From Candidatus Woesearchaeota archaeon (GTDB lineage Archaea > Nanobdellota > Nanobdellia > Woesearchaeales > UBA10216): DNA of 10,713 nucleotides. The position numbers were made by a program, and so were the translations under genes. The notes beneath the pieces were generated by a model. It did no database searches. It saw only the letters and a list, made by a program, of their open reading frames with translations, and was not told where the DNA came from. The stretch covers positions 1-10,713 of the forward strand of contig JACPBX010000027.1 in NCBI GenBank assembly GCA_016180085.1, in the 5' to 3' direction. Shown piece by piece: positions 6,305 through 10,713 of the stretch (positions within the stretch are counted from its first letter, which is position 1; every line of letters begins with the position of its first letter).

Positions 6305-6359
6305 CTTTTCTTTTGCATTTGCAATCAACTTTTTATAGCAGCAGCATCACCGTTGCCGC

Positions 6360-7226
6360 ATGTCAAAATTTGTAGTCCTGTCGCATTTCCAGGCTGCTGA
6401 AATAGCCGGGGCAATCCTTGATAATAAGGATAAGATTCGCATTTCAACCGATTTGGGCCTTACGGCATCAACAGTGGCAATTGACCATAGGCTGCAATTG
6501 GTTGTTTTCTCTGCAGATGAAAAGCTGTCGTTTGATGAGGTATCGCGAATCGCTGCAACAGAGAATGTCTGTTTCGTTGTTGAGAAGGGCAAGCAGGCGG
6601 CAACGAAAATCCAGCTGTTTTCAGCGGAGACGAACCGCTTTTACAAGCTTCTCCCAACAAAGGATGCGCCTACTGCCGAAATTTCGGGAATAAGGATGCA
6701 TCGCGTTCAGGAGCGCAGCCCTTGGCAGGACACTGAGGACAAGATTGGCTGTGTTGAGCCGCTAAGCGGCAGGATTCTTGACACCTGCTGCGGGCTTGGC
6801 TATACTGCAATTGCGGCTGCAGCCAGCAGGAACGTTGAGCGCGTTTACACGTTCGAAAGGGACAGGAACATGATTCTTCTTGCGGATTATAACCCGTGGT
6901 CACAGCCGCTTTTTTCTTACGTAAAGATTAAGCTCGCTGTTGATGACATTTTTTCAGCAATAAGGTATTTCGACAACGGCTTTTTCAGCGCGATAATCCA
7001 CGACCCCCCGAGGCTGCAGCTTTCTCCTGAGCTTTACTCGCTCGAATTTTACCGGCAGCTGCACCGGGTTTTGAAAAAAGGCGGGAAGGTGTATCATTAC
7101 ACCGGCAGCCCCGGTGAGAAGCGGGGCATCAACATTGCAAGAGGCGTGGTTAAGCGGCTGAAGGAAGCTGGTTTTGCCAGCGTTGTTGAAAAGAAGGAAG
7201 TGCTGGGCGTTGTTGCGGTAAAGTGA
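6360..7226 (+). CDS. Class I SAM-dependent methyltransferase, archaeal COG2521-like
   Basis: Motif I LDTCCGLGYTA, plus PTAEISGIRMH, NPWS, IIHDPPR, ELYSLEFY and HYTGSPG, which match my recollection of this family. TATA TTTTTATA at 6330-6337, 23-30 nt upstream of the ATG. Confidence 0.85.
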   Translation: MSKFVVLSHFQAAEIAGAILDNKDKIRISTDLGLTASTVAIDHRLQLVVFSADEKLSFDEVSRIAATENVCFVVEKGKQAATKIQLFSAETNRFYKLLPTKDAPTAEISGIRMHRVQERSPWQDTEDKIGCVEPLSGRILDTCCGLGYTAIAAAASRNVERVYTFERDRNMILLADYNPWSQPLFSYVKIKLAVDDIFSAIRYFDNGFFSAIIHDPPRLQLSPELYSLEFYRQLHRVLKKGGKVYHYTGSPGEKRGINIARGVVKRLKEAGFASVVEKKEVLGVVAVK

Positions 7227-7242
7227 TTTTGTAAACAGAAAA

Positions 7243-7251
7243 TTTTATAAA
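7243..7251 (+). promoter_or_regulatory. TATA box upstream of small ORF / glycosyltransferase unit
   Basis: TTTTATAAA preceded by purine-rich ACAGAAAA. Confidence 0.55.
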
Positions 7252-7300
7252 GCTCGCCTGGCCGTTTGAAAACTCAGAGAGGTTGGTTGAGGGCTTAGTC

Positions 7301-7399
7301 ATGAATCGTCATGTCGTGATTTTTCTCACATTTTTATGGACGGGTTTGCTTTTCCTTTTGTACTTTTTCAACTATTTCAGGCTGTTGAGGCCGTTGTAG
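7301..7399 (+). CDS. Putative 32-aa single-TM protein (MNRHVVIFLTFLWTGLLFLLYFFNYFRLLRPL)
   Basis: ATG 7301 to TAG 7397-7399. SD-like GAGG upstream. Lies between a TATA box and the glycosyltransferase gene, and has one strongly hydrophobic helix. Confidence 0.5.
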   Translation: MNRHVVIFLTFLWTGLLFLLYFFNYFRLLRPL

Positions 7400-7412
7400 G
7401 GGTTGGTGCTTG

Positions 7413-9314
7413 ATGTTGCAGCTGCTGTCGCATTTTGTTTACCTGGCGTTTGTGGCTTTGGGTGTTTTTGCTGTTGGCAACGCCTTAAGGGGCCTCATTT
7501 ACAAGCCGGAATCGAGGCTGGAGGCATTCCTTGCTGGCAGCGGCATGGGCTTTGTTGCCTTGTCTGCGGCTCTTTTTTTTCTGGGCATTCTTAAGCTCTT
7601 TGTCGCGCCTGTTTTCCTTACGCTGCATTTAATCCTGCTGGCATTTCTTGTGGCCCAGGCAAAGCAATTAGTCAACTTGCTCATTCCTGATTTGAGTTGG
7701 CTGAAAGGCTCGTCGTTGTTTGTCCGTTTTGCTTTTCTGGTTTTTGCTGTTATTGCGGTCCTCAATTTTACTGTGGCTTCTTCCCCTCCAGTGAGCGCTG
7801 ATGCTCTGCTTTACCACCTGGCCATACCGAAAATCTACCTCTCCGAAGGCGGCATTGTGCACATTCCCTGGCTGCAGGTGATTTCTGAAATGCCAATGTC
7901 CATAGACCTTTTGTACATGTATGGCATGTCGCTTCTCGATGGGAAGCTAAGCCAGCTTATAGGGGCATACATGTCCTTCCTCTCCTCGCTAGTGGTTTTC
8001 CTGCTTGCAAGGCGGCTGACACTTTCCAACCAGGCAGGGATTGTTGCGGCTGCGCTATTCCTGACTTTGCCAATAATTTCGGTTTTCAACGTAAGGTCGT
8101 ACGTTGACATCCCAATTGCCTTTTTTGCCTTGCTGGCAATAAGCTTTTTTCTGGACTGGATTGAAAGGCTTGAATTGCGCTACGCTGTCCTGGTTGGCAT
8201 CTTCCTCGGGATGACTCTGGCCGGAAAAACGATAAGCCTGGTTGTTCTGGCTGCGATACTGGCTTGTGTTGCGGTTCTGCTTTTCAGGTTCCCATTTGTT
8301 TCAAAGAAAAAGATTCTCATGCAGCTGCTTGTTGCAGGTGCCATATGCGCGGCAATTTTTCTGCCTTGGATTGTTAAGAGCTATGTGCACACAGGGGATC
8401 CGCTGCACCCTTACCTCTACAGCCACTTTGGCGGGAGGTACTGGAATGATGACCTGGACAGGATAGTGCTTGAAGAGACTTACAGGGCGAAAGGCATTGG
8501 CTTCTCGCCTTTTTCGCTTGTGCGGTTTCCGTTTGAGATTACAGTTAACCCGGGCAGGTTTGCCGATACAGCTGGCATAACCCCTGTTTTTCTCGGTTTT
8601 CTCCCGCTGCTTTTTCTAATAACGATTAAGCGCAGGGCCGGGGCCCTTCTCCTGCTCGCTTTGCTGCTGGTTCTGCTTTATTTCCTCTTAGCCCAATACA
8701 CAAGATACATGGTTCCGCTCTGGGGGATTATGAGCGTTGTTACAGCTTACATTGCGCACAATATGAAAGGGGAAAGGCTGGTGCAGGCAGGGCTGTATCT
8801 TTTCATAATGCTGGCGCTTGCTGCTAACGGGATTTTTTGGATGGGCGCTAATGCGGACAGTTTGCCTGTTGCAATCGGGCTCGAATCAGAGTCTGATTAC
8901 TTGAAGGCCAACGTGCCAACCTATGCAGCAACCCAGCACTTGTCCGGAATTGACAAGGATGCTGTTGTCTGCTGGTACGGCAGCGGCAGGGGCTACTGGA
9001 GCTCCAATCCTTACGTGTGGTGCAATCCTTTCCTGCAGGCATATGTAAACTTCTTCAATATATCGGTACCTTCTGACCTGGCAGGCAGGCTTGCGTCGTT
9101 AAACGTCTCATATGTCCTGTTCGAGAATGAAATGCGTGAGCCCATACTCTATGGTGACAGGCTGCACCTGCGCTGGCTGTATTCGCAAAGAACCGTTGAT
9201 TTCCATATGAGAAGCAACGAGCTTCTTTTTGCGTACCTTGGCAACCACTCACAGAAGGTCTACGAAGACAAGTCGGTTGAGCTTTATAAAATAACGCCCG
9301 TAGCGGTAAGCTGA
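7413..9314 (+). CDS. Multi-pass membrane glycosyltransferase, GT-C fold (ArnT/PMT/GT39-like)
   Basis: ~633 aa with many hydrophobic helices. SADALLYHL acidic loop motif after the early TMs, YVD motif, RY motif in a late loop, and a soluble C-terminal domain. Start is ATG 7413 (or TTG 7410), with GGTG upstream. Confidence 0.75.
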   Translation: MLQLLSHFVYLAFVALGVFAVGNALRGLIYKPESRLEAFLAGSGMGFVALSAALFFLGILKLFVAPVFLTLHLILLAFLVAQAKQLVNLLIPDLSWLKGSSLFVRFAFLVFAVIAVLNFTVASSPPVSADALLYHLAIPKIYLSEGGIVHIPWLQVISEMPMSIDLLYMYGMSLLDGKLSQLIGAYMSFLSSLVVFLLARRLTLSNQAGIVAAALFLTLPIISVFNVRSYVDIPIAFFALLAISFFLDWIERLELRYAVLVGIFLGMTLAGKTISLVVLAAILACVAVLLFRFPFVSKKKILMQLLVAGAICAAIFLPWIVKSYVHTGDPLHPYLYSHFGGRYWNDDLDRIVLEETYRAKGIGFSPFSLVRFPFEITVNPGRFADTAGITPVFLGFLPLLFLITIKRRAGALLLLALLLVLLYFLLAQYTRYMVPLWGIMSVVTAYIAHNMKGERLVQAGLYLFIMLALAANGIFWMGANADSLPVAIGLESESDYLKANVPTYAATQHLSGIDKDAVVCWYGSGRGYWSSNPYVWCNPFLQAYVNFFNISVPSDLAGRLASLNVSYVLFENEMREPILYGDRLHLRWLYSQRTVDFHMRSNELLFAYLGNHSQKVYEDKSVELYKITPVAVS

Positions 9315-9340
9315 TGCGGTTATATGTCATAGATCTGATC

Positions 9341-9368
9341 TGAGGGTTAACTTTATAAATCACCCTCA
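9341..9368 (+). promoter_or_regulatory. eL41 promoter: TATA (9352-9359) enclosed by a 7-bp inverted repeat
   Basis: TGAGGGT (9341-9347) ... TTTATAAA ... ACCCTCA (9362-9368). Confidence 0.55.
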
Positions 9369-9397
9369 AATTTCCGTGTTTGTTGTGTGATTACTGA

Positions 9398-9514
9398 ATG
9401 AAGCGTTCATCCCGTCGTTGGAAAAAGAAAAGGCAGATGCGCTGGAAGTGGCAGCGCAAAAGGATAAAGCGCCTTAAGAGGATAAGGAAGCGCAGGTCTG
9501 CGAGATACGTTTAA
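9398..9514 (+). CDS. rpl41e: Ribosomal protein eL41 (L41e; also called eS32), 38 aa
   Basis: MKRSSRRWKKKRQMRWKWQRKRIKRLKRIRKRRSARYV. It contains the MRWKW-x-x-KR-I-x-RLKR-x-R core of eL41 with the archaeal N-terminal WKKK extension. It is below the ORF-track length cutoff. Confidence 0.92.
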   Translation: MKRSSRRWKKKRQMRWKWQRKRIKRLKRIRKRRSARYV

Positions 9515-9552
9515 GCCGATTTTGGCTTTCCCACTGCCTGTGGCTGTTTTCA

Positions 9553-10173
9553 TCACCACGAATTAGACGCGTTTAGGCCCTTCTGGCAGACTAATTCGTA
9601 ATTCTTCCGCTGGCGTGAGCCTTGAGCGAGGCCGTCTGGTCGAAGGTAGGGTTCGACTCGCCTGTGCCTTAGATAGTTAAAAGCCGCCATATTTAAATGG
9701 GCCATCAGGCTGAACGCCTCCCATAGGCGGGGCATAGGACGGGTATATCCCTGTTCAGGGATTTTTGCCAGCGCATCCTGTAGGGGCAACCCAGTCTCAT
9801 GGATGGCTCGCCTAGCTGCCATTATTCGTTCATAATACCGCACATCAAGCAGCTTGCTGCTATTAGGCTCTGCGCGGAAGAAGGATTCGGTGTCCTCTGC
9901 GGTTACAGCCAGCATGGCCAAAGTGTAGAAATCGTTAAATTCTAGTCCCGCTTTGCCGGAACGAATTTCATGTTCGGCCAGGGCTGCTACGGCCGCGAAG
10001 AATTTTTGCGTGAATGTTTCCGGATAAGGCCACAGCATCCATCCTCTCCATCTTAGACCCTCGTGCCCATTCTGCATGCCGTGGAGAGACAACTGGACGG
10101 GCTTGCCTGGCCCTGGCGCCAAGGCTTGGCTTAAGCGGCTGCCAAGGCGCTGCTCAAGATTCAACGGCTGCAT
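9553..10173 (-). CDS. Hypothetical protein, 206 aa
   Basis: Open ORF with host-like composition. TATA TATAAAAG on the minus strand at 10196-10203, 23-30 nt upstream of the ATG. No family recognised. Confidence 0.7.
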   Translation of the reverse strand: MQPLNLEQRLGSRLSQALAPGPGKPVQLSLHGMQNGHEGLRWRGWMLWPYPETFTQKFFAAVAALAEHEIRSGKAGLEFNDFYTLAMLAVTAEDTESFFRAEPNSSKLLDVRYYERIMAARRAIHETGLPLQDALAKIPEQGYTRPMPRLWEAFSLMAHLNMAAFNYLRHRRVEPYLRPDGLAQGSRQRKNYELVCQKGLNASNSW

Positions 10174-10243
10174 GGCCTGCGGAAGTCCGGTTTATCTTTT
10201 ATATTTAACTCTTGTCGCCTGTCATCAGGTTTCCGATTCCCGT

Positions 10244-10258
10244 CGAAACCTTTAAATA
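10244..10258 (+). promoter_or_regulatory. rRNA promoter (BRE + TATA)
   Basis: CGAAACC-TTTAAATA, a close match to the archaeal BRE/TATA consensus. Predicted start ~10280. Confidence 0.75.
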
Positions 10259-10279
10259 TAACCCCCTGTTTTATCGCCT

Positions 10280-10616
10280 TCCCATCACGGAAACAGCTGT
10301 GATTGGCTATCACCACCGCTGTGGACCGTTCAATCATGATCCACGGTTTCTGTCCCTTACCGAAACGAGTAAGGGTTACGAGTGTCACGTGTATGTCACG
10401 TTTTTTGGCTGGATGAGTGCTTTACATAGCCATGTTAAGCATGATTGAGGCAGAGTGCACAGAATTAACAACAGCGACGCATCAATGATGCGATGACTTG
10501 TGATATATGTGCAACCCAAAAATTTCTTTAGGTGAAAAGCGATAGTGCGACCAAACCAAGTATTCCCGACAGGATAGATTGCGAAGATGCATACGATAAG
10601 CTGCATCGGCAAAACA
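10280..10616 (+). other. 5' external transcribed spacer of 16S rRNA
   Basis: Lies between the promoter and the 16S 5' end. Contains several hairpins (10284-10303, 10320-10345, 10354-10375, 10478-10492, 10586-10607). Confidence 0.65.
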
Positions 10617-10713
10617 ATTTCCGTTTATCCTGCGGACGAGCGCAGCTATCTGGATCCGACTAAGCCATGCAAGTTTTCCGAGAGGAAGCAGACGGCTCAG
10701 TAACGCGTCGATA
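10617..10713 (+). rRNA. rrs: 16S rRNA, 5' end (truncated by window)
   Basis: ATTTCCGTTTATCCTGCGGA...GCTATC...CCGACTAAGCCATGCAAGT...GACGGCTCAGTAACGCGTCGATA aligns with the archaeal 16S 5' consensus (helix 1 through helix 7). Confidence 0.95.

Noticed and set aside
7573-7580. T8 run in the glycosyltransferase as a phase-variation tract
   Set aside because: It is short, in frame, and expected from Phe/Leu codons in TM segments.
8634-8647. AGGGCC-GG-GGCCCT inverted repeat
   Set aside because: It is short, GC-rich and inside a coding region, so consistent with chance.
101-9369. Remaining short antisense/alternate-frame ORFs nested in the main genes
   Set aside because: They are shadow ORFs fully overlapping well-supported CDSs, with no independent motifs or promoters.
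10354-10420. Hammerhead-like fragments (CGAAAC...GTA; CTGGATGAG)
   Set aside because: Stem III would have only 2 bp and a 2-nt loop, the CUGAUGA core has an extra base, and stem II does not pair.
10161-10612. ORFs 10161-10388(-), 10212-10448(+) and 10385-10612(-)
   Set aside because: They overlap the rRNA promoter and leader and have no coding features.

Overview
Archaeal chromosomal window, probably from a DPANN-type lineage. This is inferred from the divergent 16S 5' end, eL41, a BHB-intron tRNA and TATA boxes 23-31 nt upstream of start codons. Left to right it contains: the 3' end of a 2-oxoacid (pyruvate) dehydrogenase operon (E1-beta partial, E2); a small membrane ORF; a ~125-nt tRNA-like element whose T-loop is interrupted by a 51-bp nest of palindromes; a split lipoate-protein ligase (LplB then LplA, minus strand); a stand-alone AroB-family cyclase lacking a conserved catalytic His; tRNA-Glu(CTC) with a 52-nt intron; an AT-rich 456-aa gene bracketed by the tRNA 3' end and a degenerate copy of it; a COG2521-like methyltransferase; a 32-aa membrane ORF; a GT-C-type membrane glycosyltransferase; ribosomal protein eL41; a 206-aa orphan; and an rRNA promoter, structured leader and the first ~97 nt of 16S rRNA. 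The 32-aa ORF and eL41 are absent from the ORF track. All family calls come from motif recognition by eye; no searches were run.
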